In this document: piece by piece, positions 1 to 8,847 of the stretch
Numbering within the stretch: the first letter of the stretch is position 1
How the letters are laid out: every line of letters begins with the position of its first letter
Assembly: GCA_964602725.1 (NCBI GenBank)
Contig: CAZRRZ010000003.1
Coordinates: forward strand, 1-37,008
Reading direction: 5' to 3'
Origin: an uncultured Candidatus Saccharibacteria bacterium
GTDB lineage: Bacteria; Patescibacteriota; Minisyncoccia; Phycocordibacterales; PALSA-1337
DNA: 37,008 nt
Made by a program: the position numbers and the translations under genes
The notes under the pieces: generated by a model
Databases searched by the model: none
What the model was told of the DNA's origin: nothing
The model's input: the letters and a program-made list of their open reading frames with translations, nothing else

Positions 1-55
1 GAATATCTCTATTACGTTCAAAATAATTTCGCAAAGTTTCTCCAGGAAGTGCGGT
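1..55. repeat. Terminal direct repeat, copy 1 (identical to 36954..37008): circular closure or terminal redundancy
   Basis: Nt 1-55 (gaatatctctattacgttcaaaataatttcgcaaagtttctccaggaagtgcggt) recur exactly at 36954-37008, so the unique sequence is 36,953 bp. Confidence 0.95.
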
Positions 56-1576
56 TGCAAGCTTGCCAACTGTGGCAGCGATTCCACCAGCAATAGGTCC
101 TCCAAAAATAGTCCCAGCCGCTCCTGATGCTCCAGCAACAATTCCGGACAAATTGGCCACTCCCGGAGCTTGACCAGCATTTTTCAAAGCATTAAGCGCA
201 GCAAATGCGGCTACTGTATCGGCTTTATTGTCTCGGTTTTGTTCTAGGTGAACTTTTTCTTCATTTACTACTGAAAGAAGACTTTCAGGGATGGCATCTG
301 GAGCTTTTGGAGCAAATTTACCCTTTTGAATAGCAGCGGCAAACTTGTTTTGATTAATCGCGTCATATTTTTTACCAGGATCGGCGTCACCCCTTGGAGG
401 AGGGTTAGCTTTTGCTTGGTGCATTGGAGCGATAGCGTTCATGGCGCTCTTTTTCTCCGCAGCTTCTTTATTCCTCTGTTGAACTTTGTTCATGAAAAAG
501 GGAACAACGACATTATCTTGCTGTTGTTGCATAGCATCGCGTTGGGGACCTGGAGGCATTTTGTTAATAGTTTCTTGCATGGAATGAACCGCCGCAGCGC
601 TAGACATATTTAAGGCATCGTTATAAGCCTGAACGTCTGTAATGCCAACTCCCAAATTGTCATATTGTTGCATTGCTGCCTTGCCACCAACTAACGCCGC
701 TTCCGCAGATCGCAAAGCATTCTCGGGTTGCATTCTTTCGTGCTCAAGACTCATTTTGTACCAATTTTGTTTATTGGCTTGCGTTGATTTTTGAGCTTCT
801 AAGTCTCTTTCTAATTCTTTATTCATCATCTCTAGCAAAGCATTCGGCTGACGTGTTAAGCCAGCGCCAGCGCCAGAAATCAAAAGGCCGAAAATAGTTC
901 CGATTTTTCCAAGCGTGCTTTTGCTTTCATAAAGATCTGAATATGTTTTTGGCGTAATTTTTCCATTATTCAAGTCCGTGTAAAAATCATACACATGTGC
1001 AGTTTTCTTTTGGGCTTCCTGATCGGGAGTCAAAACAACTGGTGCAGGCTCCGGAGCTTCTCGTCCCGGGGTCATTACCACCGGCCCAGCGGCGCTTTGC
1101 GGAATTTGAATTTTAGATTGATTTTCCCCTTCGTTTGGAATCGTTTGCTGAGGGACAACTGGCGCTTGTGCCGCAACTGGAGCTTGTGGCGCTGGTTGTG
1201 CGGGCGCTGGAGCGGGTGTTGAAATAGCGGGGGCAACTGGTTTTGGAGCTATGCCAGATGGTTGCTCGGCGGCTTTATCAGGATTCTCGTGAGTCTCTAA
1301 TTCTTTTTCTATTTCTTTGACGGGAGAGCTTTCGATTTTTTTGTCAGCCATTTCAGCGGCGGCAATTTTATCAAGATCGTCTTCTACTTCCTCATCAGGT
1401 ACCTGAACATCAGCGCCTTTTTTTGCGTGAAGTGGAAGCGCTATAAGCTTTTTGCGCAAGATCGGGCTAAGACCTGACATGGCTACTTTAATTTCATGGC
1501 CATCTGGATGTAAAAGCGTAGCGGTGTGCTTGTCTTGCTCAATTTTTTTAAATTTAGAAAATTCTAATTCCTTCAT
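1..1576 (-). CDS. Junction-spanning virion internal/ejection-type protein, N-terminal part (continues at 36953..36616; 637 aa in total)
   Basis: The minus-strand ATG at 1576 overlaps the stop of the upstream gene (ATGA at 1573-1576). I translated 1576->1 by hand and found no stop (MKELEFSKFKKIEQDKHTATLLHPDGHEIKVAMSGLSPILRKK ... GKLATALPGETLRNYFERNRDI). The last residues equal the start of track ORF 36616..36987, whose 'M' is really an in-frame TTG. The protein has a Pro/Ala-rich linker and two glycine-zipper hydrophobic segments (IGTIFGLLISGAGAGL; GIVAGASGAAGTIFGGPIAGGIAATVG). The function is inferred only from its position after the tail genes. Confidence 0.8.
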   Translation of the reverse strand, partial: MKELEFSKFKKIEQDKHTATLLHPDGHEIKVAMSGLSPILRKKLIALPLHAKKGADVQVPDEEVEDDLDKIAAAEMADKKIESSPVKEIEKELETHENPDKAAEQPSGIAPKPVAPAISTPAPAPAQPAPQAPVAAQAPVVPQQTIPNEGENQSKIQIPQSAAGPVVMTPGREAPEPAPVVLTPDQEAQKKTAHVYDFYTDLNNGKITPKTYSDLYESKSTLGKIGTIFGLLISGAGAGLTRQPNALLEMMNKELERDLEAQKSTQANKQNWYKMSLEHERMQPENALRSAEAALVGGKAAMQQYDNLGVGITDVQAYNDALNMSSAAAVHSMQETINKMPPGPQRDAMQQQQDNVVVPFFMNKVQQRNKEAAEKKSAMNAIAPMHQAKANPPPRGDADPGKKYDAINQNKFAAAIQKGKFAPKAPDAIPESLLSVVNEEKVHLEQNRDNKADTVAAFAALNALKNAGQAPGVANLSGIVAGASGAAGTIFGGPIAGGIAATVGKLATALPGETLRNYFERNRDI

Positions 1577-2958
1577 TTGCGTCTCCGTTTTGCAATCACC
1601 TTAGCCACAAAATCAGCGGCCCCTTTTATGGGATCTTTCCCCATAGCCACATCTCTTGGAATGACAATTTCGCCTTCGCTAAGCATAGCTGGCACTTTAT
1701 CATTCGCATACGAATTACCGGATTTCACGGCTTTCTGATGAGGAGCTTTTGCTTTTACATGGCCGCCAGAAGATGCTAGGCCGCCGTCAGCCATTTTTTT
1801 CTCTTTTTCGCCATGCAGTTTTTTGCCTACGGCTTTTCCGAAAGAAGCAAACCCTTGTTGAATTGGATTTTGTTGTTGGCTTGACTCGCCCATTTGCTTT
1901 CCGGCGCCACTTAAAAATTTTCCAAATGAAGACATAGGAGCGCTAGAATCGGCGGGAGCTTGTGCAGGAGCGGCACCCGACATGACCGCACCGCCTACAT
2001 CATAGTGTTGAACCTGACCGCCCTTTGCCATTCCGATAGCTGCTCCAGCGCCTTGCATAACTCCGCCAATAAGGCCTTGTTTGCCTTGCATACCTTGTTG
2101 AAGGAGTGCGGTGTTTCCGCTGTTCACGTTTCCTTGAGCAGCTACGTTTGCGTTGTTTTGTGAAGCGAGAGCGCTTTGCATTTGTCCGGCGTTGGTTAAA
2201 TTGGCATTGGTGTTTGCTTGGGTTTGTGCAATTTGTTGCCCAGCCATCTGGTTAGCCATGCCCTGTTGCATTCCAGCTTGTGTTGTTCCCAAGTTTCCAA
2301 AAGCTTGTTGAGTGTTTGCAAGTCCAGATAAAGCGTTGACTTGTTGATTGGCTTGCATGGTTGCACCCTGGCCAACGGCTTGCTGTTGAGTAGCAGCACC
2401 TTGTTGCGCGGCTTGCCTTGCAAGAAGACCTGTATTAGCACCAGCGCCACGTTGTCCGGCCATCAAAGCAGCTTGGTTAGCAACGTTTGCTCCTGTTTGT
2501 TGATTGAGCATTGCTTGAGCAGGATTTGGGCCTTTGCCTTGAGCGATGTTTTGATACATTCCGGCGGTGCCTTGCAAACCTTGAATCGCAGCGTTTTGCG
2601 TGCCAACACCATTTGCGGCTTGGAGTTGACCCGCCAAAGCCGATTGTTGGCCCAGTCCGTTTTGTCCTTGAAGTGCGGCTAGTAAAGCTTGCTGACTTTG
2701 AAGCGAATTATTAACGCCACCTTGAGCTTGTTGCATTTGCTCGGGCGTAACGGCTTGTTGAATGGTAGCCATTTGTGGCTTATCAATTCCAGCACCCATC
2801 GCACCAGAGAATTCATTGCCCATTTTTCCGGCAATACCGTTCAAGCCATCAGCATTTAGCCCAGACCTTTTTAGAGATTCATCATATACAATATTGCTAC
2901 CACCAGTTGCCACCGTCGCCGCATGGCTTCTAGCACCGCCGCTTGTTGCACTACCCAT
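1573..2958 (-). CDS. Gln/Ala/Gly/Asn-rich low-complexity virion (internal/ejection?) protein, 461 aa
   Basis: ATG at 2958 is preceded by AAGGAG. The long low-complexity Q/A/G/N core is not interrupted by stops. The C-terminus carries MAKGGQV, MADGG and GGHV motifs, PAMLSEGEIVIPRDV and a basic tail (AKVIAKRRRK). The gene is coupled on both sides to neighbouring genes. Confidence 0.7.
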   Translation of the reverse strand: MGSATSGGARSHAATVATGGSNIVYDESLKRSGLNADGLNGIAGKMGNEFSGAMGAGIDKPQMATIQQAVTPEQMQQAQGGVNNSLQSQQALLAALQGQNGLGQQSALAGQLQAANGVGTQNAAIQGLQGTAGMYQNIAQGKGPNPAQAMLNQQTGANVANQAALMAGQRGAGANTGLLARQAAQQGAATQQQAVGQGATMQANQQVNALSGLANTQQAFGNLGTTQAGMQQGMANQMAGQQIAQTQANTNANLTNAGQMQSALASQNNANVAAQGNVNSGNTALLQQGMQGKQGLIGGVMQGAGAAIGMAKGGQVQHYDVGGAVMSGAAPAQAPADSSAPMSSFGKFLSGAGKQMGESSQQQNPIQQGFASFGKAVGKKLHGEKEKKMADGGLASSGGHVKAKAPHQKAVKSGNSYANDKVPAMLSEGEIVIPRDVAMGKDPIKGAADFVAKVIAKRRRK

Positions 2959-2960
2959 AT

Positions 2961-3299
2961 TTAAATCTCCTTTTTAAATATTATAAAATCATTTGAACAA
3001 CTGCTCACAGTCATTCCGTATGCAAGCAAAACCTTCATGCTTGTTGTGCTTCCTTTCATCGAAGGAACCACCGAGCCAATTAATTCAGTGCAACCCTTTT
3101 CCTTGGCTTCCTTTACAATAGCGTCCGCCATGTTAGCCGCTTCACCATTTTTTCTTAGCTCTGGAATAATGAAGATATCAATAATATATACCGACTTTCC
3201 GTTGTTTACATAACGATAGGTTGCAAACCCAAAAGCGTTTTCGATGACACAATCGTCTGTTCTTTCCATAAGATACTTTTTATAAAGGCTCGCCATCAT
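2961..3299 (-). CDS. Small GNAT-family N-acetyltransferase-like protein (112 aa)
   Basis: The track ORF 2961..3362 was trimmed to the ATGATG at 3299, one nt after the TAA (3301-3303) of the upstream gene. YIIDIFIIPELRKNGEAANMADAIVKEAKEKGCTELI fits the GNAT motif A pattern (beta4 - R/Q-x-x-G-x-A/G - helix). Confidence 0.6.
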   Translation of the reverse strand: MMASLYKKYLMERTDDCVIENAFGFATYRYVNNGKSVYIIDIFIIPELRKNGEAANMADAIVKEAKEKGCTELIGSVVPSMKGSTTSMKVLLAYGMTVSSCSNDFIIFKKEI

Positions 3300-3300
3300 T

Positions 3301-6300
3301 TTACCCCACACTCTCACTTGCCGGTTGTGGCCTGAAACCCTTTTTAAAGCCCATGACCACATTGAGCCCGGAAATCGTTAGCCCTGCACCAGCAACTACA
3401 CCAAAAGATGGGTCAAAAATTTCTTGAATCTCTATCGCAAAAGCCATACATCTTTGACGCTCCAAAAATACACGCCACAACTCTAAATTTGTTCCGCCCC
3501 CGTAAGGATTTCCTTGGCCAAATGGCGTTTGTGATGTTCCAGATCCAAACGGAGTAGAATAATTGGTTGGTGATATGATTATACTTTGTGATGGGTTTTT
3601 ATCATAATCGTAGCTAAGCAATACTTGAAGCTTATGCGGAGAAATATACTCACCAAGCAGGTAGAAAAAGTAAGCTCTTTGGTATCCCTGCAAATCGCCA
3701 AGGCGAAGCGGGCCAGTTTTGCAACAAATAAGAACAGGATTCGAACCATCTAAATATGTGTCCACATTTTGTTGGAAAACATCCCCATATTGATTGATAA
3801 ACGTATGCATTTTTTGAAATATACAAGAGCTTATACAAGGCACACCAACAAACGTACCCCACTGACCATAAAAATAGTCATACATCAAAGTAATTCCGGT
3901 ATCTAACGTGAACAAAACCATGTTGGTTTCTGGAACGTTGACCGCACTTTGAACTAATGCTCCCAAGGTAAAATCTTCAACAGGGGCGCCGATGTAAACT
4001 GTGCTCAAATCCCTTCCAAGCAACCAAATACCTTTATCGCTTTGAAACATTAAACCAGTGGGAGTTAACACAATCGATTTTTGATTTGTGCATCCTACTG
4101 TTGCGGTAACAAATGTTGCTTGGCTGTATTGGTTGTTCGCGCCCGTATTATCTGGACCATTCCCGTTGATATATAAAATTGCGTTTTCTTTAAAAGTAAT
4201 GAGCTTATCGTCCATGGACGCGCCCGCCGTAATCGGCCCAGTAGCTCCTTGCGTCGATGTGGTTGGCGGAACAAAAATTGTAAACAAGTCTGACATTTCA
4301 ACCGGAGTAGCTGGAATGCACTGTTTGCTATACCACCATGTATTGGGATCTTCGGCGTTAACTAACCAAAGGCGTGAATCAAACAATGTCAAAATATTAG
4401 AAGCTGGCGCATTTACATCTTCGATAACCCCGCCGGTTGTGTAAATGATGTTATTTCCCAGTATGGTTGCGTCCGAGTTTGTATCTAAGTAGGTTATTTC
4501 GTCGATAGTCGTATCATTTAGGATCGGAGACGTTATGCTTGTGGTTTGGTAATAAATTTGTTGCCCAACTGACCATCTATAAATCACAAGCTTTACAGCG
4601 TTCGCAACCTTCATGGTTAAACGTAAAGTTGCAATATTTAATGTGACGCTGCCCGTTGTTCCGGATCCGGTTGTGGTCACTGGTATAGGAATGGAAGGCG
4701 CAGAGCGAAAAGCATTACCTTGGTTGTCAGTCCATTCATAAACAAACTGGTAATAGTAAGCATTTATATTTGTGGCCGTGTCGGGTTGCGCTGCCATGCT
4801 TCCGCCAGTAGTTGACCACGTTGCGGTATTGGCCGGCGTGTCTTGATCGGTGTCCGGCCACAAAAAGAAATTGTGTTCTACTGGCAAATAACCGTCATAC
4901 ATCCACAAAAAACCACCCGTTAAGTGCAAATTGTTTGCGATTTCGGATGTGTTTAAGTTTTGAGTGCCAATTTCAAATTTTGACAAGTTCAAGCCAGTTT
5001 GCGAATAAATTCCATCAACCTGAGTGCCCGATGGAACATCAGTATTTTTGTTTACAGCCTGAACTAGAAATTTAAACCGATAAGGAATGTAGGCGACATT
5101 ATCAAATACCGAAACACCAGGGATTCCCAGCGTGGAATATCCGCCGCCGTTGCTATAAGCTAATTTCGAAGCTATAACCGGACTATCTTCAGTGCTATCG
5201 CTTCCATTGATCAAAAAATAGGTTGGCTGGTAGTCGCTTTGATAAGCAGACAAGAAATATATCTTTTCGTTTATGATAAAAGCTTTTGAGCTTAATCCAA
5301 CGCTACGCAACACAATATATGGAGACGATACGCTTGGGCCCGATAACGTAACATCTACTGATGAAATGTAATTTGTAGGGATAGCCGCATTAAATGTATA
5401 AGCGTTTTCCACTTCCGCAAACACTTTGCAAACGCCATTTTGGGCCGCTGATGCAAGATTGAGCAGAGTAACCGCTGTGCTTATGGCTTGCGGACTCATC
5501 AGAGTGTTCAGATTTTTATCAACCGCCAAAGTATACGCGTCATTTGACACGTCATCGTAATAGCTCACATAAATCACTGGGCTTGCTGCGTTTGTGTTAT
5601 CGGCGGTAACGCTCACGATAGTTGCAATTTCTCCAACAAACGTAGCCGGAGATGCCAAAAAAAGCGTTTTACTTAAGTAAGTCACTTTCATGGCTTGACC
5701 ACCGGAGGTTGTGTTGTAAGCAATGTAAAGATTCACATCGTTTACAAAACCATCCCAAGAAAGTGTTGTGGCTGGCGCGTATCCGGAAGCTATATCCGTA
5801 TTTGTGCTTATGGATGTTGGCGTGTAGGCGCTGATTGCAACATATTGCAAATGCGGAGAGCCTAAAATTGTATTTGTAAAAACAATGATGAAATTATTGC
5901 CAAGAACAAAAACACGCATCCCACCCGATACCGTTCCGGTAGTCACAGGAATTACAGAAGGTGCGACAATGTTTTGGCCGGTTACCGAATCGGCAATGGC
6001 GTATTTGTTTACAGTATTTGTTCCATCTGATTCCAGATAAACAGTGCACACAAGGCCGTTCGGTGCCACCGCACTATCAACCGCTGTTTGATTTAAGTTG
6101 TTTCTAATCAAAGGCAATACGGAAAGACTTAGAGGTTGAATGGTTCCTTTTTGCACATAACTCGCATTAGCGGGGTTGTATGCGGCAATATTTTGACCGA
6201 TCGCAGTCAAATCACCATTGAAAGTGGTTAAGTGTGTGTAAGTGGTATCCGGGAGTGAAGATAATTTAGGATATCCATAACGTTTTTGTAACAAACCGCC

Positions 6301-6417
6301 TTTGTTGAACACCATGTTCTCAAGTTTGACAAATTTTCCAACTTGAACACGTTTAGGATCGGTTTTGGTATCCAATCCCTGTGCAAAACTTATATCAACT
6401 GCTTGTTTCTGAATCAT
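3301..6417 (-). CDS. Large beta-rich tail structural protein, 1038 aa (possible tail-tubular-B/nozzle analogue)
   Basis: This is the largest ORF, with a GAGG RBS. It is S/T/N/G/V/Y-rich with no coiled coil, so it is not a tape measure. The N-terminal GLDTKTDP...GGLLQKRYGYP loosely recalls the T7 gp12 N-terminus (GGISQQP...GLQKRPP), from memory only. It sits between the tail genes and the internal-protein genes. Confidence 0.55.
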   Translation of the reverse strand: MIQKQAVDISFAQGLDTKTDPKRVQVGKFVKLENMVFNKGGLLQKRYGYPKLSSLPDTTYTHLTTFNGDLTAIGQNIAAYNPANASYVQKGTIQPLSLSVLPLIRNNLNQTAVDSAVAPNGLVCTVYLESDGTNTVNKYAIADSVTGQNIVAPSVIPVTTGTVSGGMRVFVLGNNFIIVFTNTILGSPHLQYVAISAYTPTSISTNTDIASGYAPATTLSWDGFVNDVNLYIAYNTTSGGQAMKVTYLSKTLFLASPATFVGEIATIVSVTADNTNAASPVIYVSYYDDVSNDAYTLAVDKNLNTLMSPQAISTAVTLLNLASAAQNGVCKVFAEVENAYTFNAAIPTNYISSVDVTLSGPSVSSPYIVLRSVGLSSKAFIINEKIYFLSAYQSDYQPTYFLINGSDSTEDSPVIASKLAYSNGGGYSTLGIPGVSVFDNVAYIPYRFKFLVQAVNKNTDVPSGTQVDGIYSQTGLNLSKFEIGTQNLNTSEIANNLHLTGGFLWMYDGYLPVEHNFFLWPDTDQDTPANTATWSTTGGSMAAQPDTATNINAYYYQFVYEWTDNQGNAFRSAPSIPIPVTTTGSGTTGSVTLNIATLRLTMKVANAVKLVIYRWSVGQQIYYQTTSITSPILNDTTIDEITYLDTNSDATILGNNIIYTTGGVIEDVNAPASNILTLFDSRLWLVNAEDPNTWWYSKQCIPATPVEMSDLFTIFVPPTTSTQGATGPITAGASMDDKLITFKENAILYINGNGPDNTGANNQYSQATFVTATVGCTNQKSIVLTPTGLMFQSDKGIWLLGRDLSTVYIGAPVEDFTLGALVQSAVNVPETNMVLFTLDTGITLMYDYFYGQWGTFVGVPCISSCIFQKMHTFINQYGDVFQQNVDTYLDGSNPVLICCKTGPLRLGDLQGYQRAYFFYLLGEYISPHKLQVLLSYDYDKNPSQSIIISPTNYSTPFGSGTSQTPFGQGNPYGGGTNLELWRVFLERQRCMAFAIEIQEIFDPSFGVVAGAGLTISGLNVVMGFKKGFRPQPASESVG

Positions 6418-6424
6418 TTAACCT

Positions 6425-7429
6425 CTATGCACAGCTATAAGTAAACGAAATGGTGTATTGAACATTTGTACGCGAGTTAGACCAAGAAAGATCAATAAGA
6501 GTTAGATAAGATGCCACTGAAGCGTTCACATCGTTTCGTACTGCTTGAACTATGGAGCTTTCATAATTTCCTAGCACGCCAACAACGTCATAAACGGAAG
6601 CGAAAAAAGCCGTTGGATTAATTGGCAACGTCACAAAACATTCAATAGTATGAATTCCTGGGACTTGCAAAGTAGTGTCCCCAGTCAAATAACCAGTAAC
6701 CGTTACGATGTCGCCAACTCTTTGATAGAAAAACGGTGCCAGCGCCGCTTGTGCTGCTCCAAAACTTCCTGGTGTAACCGTAGGTGTATAAGTTCCCGAT
6801 GTAATCGGCGTAAAACTTAAATTACCGGATGTGTCAGAAATTACCGCGCTACTTAAAGATGGAAGGGCAACTGGAAGGGTTACGTTATAGTTGGCGGCTT
6901 GTGCAACGTTTGGACTGATTGTAACTCCAAATCCGGCTGCAACAGGCTGGCCAATTTTGACTGGTCCAATATTGAAGATAGCAGGAGTGTTAGTTGCGCT
7001 TTGAAATGTAAACGTGCTTCCTGCAAAAGAGGCTGATGCTGTTCCGGAAGGAAGTCCAGTGATTGTTCCGGTTGCTCCAGCCGGAGAGCCAGACTGAGTA
7101 AGTCTGATGTTGTTTCCAGATCCATCAATATAATATAGATCAACCCCAGCTTCATATAAACATCCAAGATCGGCGGGAAGCGCTGGTGTTGAAGATTGCG
7201 GATCAAATCTTAAGGTTCGTGCGGTGATTAAATTGTTTCCATTTAGTGGCAAATCGGTGTTGATATCGATTGCCGCTGGAGTGATCGCAACGCCTTGTCC
7301 AGGGGTGTGGTTATGACTGTCCGTAATGTATAAACATGAATCCAGATTTGTCGCCCATCCAGGTCCAGGAGCTTCGCTCACTGTAGGGATTGGCATGTTC
7401 ATGTTTGGTGAAATTGTTGTATCTGCCAT
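6425..7429 (-). CDS. Tail/virion structural protein, 334 aa (spike- or fibre-like)
   Basis: A strong RBS (TAGGAGAATTTATG) precedes the start. The N-terminus NMPIPTVSEAPGPGWATNLDSCLYITDSHNHTPGQGVAI is a pattern I associate with phage tail-fibre or tail-protein N-termini. The rest is beta-rich and S/T/G/A-rich. Confidence 0.5.
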   Translation of the reverse strand: MADTTISPNMNMPIPTVSEAPGPGWATNLDSCLYITDSHNHTPGQGVAITPAAIDINTDLPLNGNNLITARTLRFDPQSSTPALPADLGCLYEAGVDLYYIDGSGNNIRLTQSGSPAGATGTITGLPSGTASASFAGSTFTFQSATNTPAIFNIGPVKIGQPVAAGFGVTISPNVAQAANYNVTLPVALPSLSSAVISDTSGNLSFTPITSGTYTPTVTPGSFGAAQAALAPFFYQRVGDIVTVTGYLTGDTTLQVPGIHTIECFVTLPINPTAFFASVYDVVGVLGNYESSIVQAVRNDVNASVASYLTLIDLSWSNSRTNVQYTISFTYSCA

Positions 7430-7437
7430 AAATTCTC

Positions 7438-7728
7438 CTAAAACACCCAGAATGAAATTGTTGTATCAGCGCTACTTTCTAGCGTTAACGTGTATTGATT
7501 AAAAGGCGCCGCTCTCCAAACTACCGCGTTCGCCGTGTTGTCTGTTAAAAACCAACCTTGCGGCAAACGTTGAAGAAGATGATTTATTGCTAATGGTACG
7601 CTTGCAACAAGATTGACGCTATTGATTTGAATTCCGCTCAAAAAAGGAATCGCTAAAACGGGATTTAATGTTCCCGCCCACTTTGTATTAGCAAGGTCCC
7701 AAGTTAGTTTTGTGCTAAGTTGAGCCAT
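7438..7728 (-). CDS. Small virion-module protein, 96 aa
   Basis: The track start at 7734 is GTG. The ATG at 7728 shares a base with the upstream TAA (TAATG coupling). The protein is beta-rich and its function is unknown. Confidence 0.55.
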   Translation of the reverse strand: MAQLSTKLTWDLANTKWAGTLNPVLAIPFLSGIQINSVNLVASVPLAINHLLQRLPQGWFLTDNTANAVVWRAAPFNQYTLTLESSADTTISFWVF

Positions 7729-8783
7729 TACCACCCCGCATTTGCACCGCCGCCACCAGCAAAACCAGTACCACCGTAAATTGGGTCCTGACGGGTGTTG
7801 GAAATCTTATCAGGTATTCCGGCATCTCTGTTTTGCGAAGCTTGTTCGATTCTTTGTTTTAGATAAACGAGTTCTTGATCAAGCTTGGAAGTGTCCGAAC
7901 CTTCTTCTTTATCTAAAGCGTATTTAGCAGCTCGAACAATCGGGTAACGCAACCATCCACTATATCCGAGAGTAGTGACATCACTATCGAGGAGAAGGGC
8001 CGGGAGCTTTGGAGAATACCACATTCGAATTTGTTGATTGCCAGCAGGGGTAGGAATAATATTAACGAAATTACCCATAAGCCGGTAACGCATATTGTAA
8101 ACGCCGTAAATCGTAGACGTTGAGTTAGGGTAGACATATTTATTTCGCTCTATAAAATCAAACTTAAGCAAAGTAACCCAAGCGTTGTTGCTTGTATTAA
8201 CACCCAAATCCATTCCCGCTAACTTATAAAAAGCTTTTGCAGGATCTCCTGAGCTTCCGCCATATACGCCACCCAAATAGTTGTCGTATCCGTTTGGCAC
8301 CGCGTAATTTTGCGTGGTTCCATTGGTATTGATGAAAACATACTCAGAAGCAAACAAATCTTCGTAACTTGTAATGAGAATGTCGTAAAGCTCATACATA
8401 GCCACGCGAAGAAAAGCATTCCACTCGCTAACTGTAACAAATTGACTTCCTACTCTGTCAGCGGTTTGTTGAGACCGAAGTCTAAGCTCGCCCAAGCTCA
8501 TTTCACTCGGAGGGGCCGCTACCATTTGCATTACAGATGAGTACGGAGAGGTACCGGATCCGTTAACACCGGCTACTTGATAGTAGTAAACAATGCCAAC
8601 ACCAGGGTAAGAATCCACGTATTGAGTGGTCACTCCGGTTGTTGCAAGGTTTGTAAAGTTAACGCCATCAGTAGAGCGTTGAATTTGGTATGAAGTTGCT
8701 CCAAGCGAACCACTCCAAGTTAATAAAATATTTCCATCGGCTTGCTCAACAGACAAATTTTGTGGTTGGTACGGTATCGCCAT
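7728..8783 (-). CDS. Virion structural protein with N-terminal fibronectin-type-III-like domain, 351 aa (adaptor or tail protein?)
   Basis: An AAGGA RBS precedes the start. Residues 1-90 (PQNLSVEQADGNILLTWSGSLGATSYQIQRSTDGVNFTNLA...YYYQVAGVNGSGTSPYS) fit the FN3 pattern. The helical C-terminal region ends in a Gly-rich tail. Confidence 0.55.
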   Translation of the reverse strand: MAIPYQPQNLSVEQADGNILLTWSGSLGATSYQIQRSTDGVNFTNLATTGVTTQYVDSYPGVGIVYYYQVAGVNGSGTSPYSSVMQMVAAPPSEMSLGELRLRSQQTADRVGSQFVTVSEWNAFLRVAMYELYDILITSYEDLFASEYVFINTNGTTQNYAVPNGYDNYLGGVYGGSSGDPAKAFYKLAGMDLGVNTSNNAWVTLLKFDFIERNKYVYPNSTSTIYGVYNMRYRLMGNFVNIIPTPAGNQQIRMWYSPKLPALLLDSDVTTLGYSGWLRYPIVRAAKYALDKEEGSDTSKLDQELVYLKQRIEQASQNRDAGIPDKISNTRQDPIYGGTGFAGGGGANAGW

Positions 8784-8796
8784 GAGCTATCCTTAA

Positions 8797-8830
8797 TTAA
8801 AAGGCGGTCCCATATTATGTAGACCGCCCG
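8797..8830 (-). terminator. Rho-independent terminator after the 296-aa protein gene
   Basis: The minus strand reads GGGCGGTC-tacataatatg-GGACCGCC followed by TTTTAATT. Confidence 0.6.
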
Positions 8831-8847
8831 TAACTATCCTAATATTC

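Noticed and set aside
326-1222. Plus-strand track ORFs 326..613, 673..897 and 995..1222
   Set aside because: They lie antisense to the continuous 1576-nt minus-strand frame of the junction-spanning gene, lack SD sequences and have odd composition. They are shadow ORFs.
2961-3362. Long form of the GNAT ORF overlapping the 1038-aa gene by 62 nt, and a possible tail-protein-GNAT frameshift fusion
   Set aside because: The GNAT frame is +1 relative to the tail gene, I saw no slippery or pause motif, and a clean ATGATG start sits 1 nt after the tail gene stop. Independent initiation is the simpler explanation.
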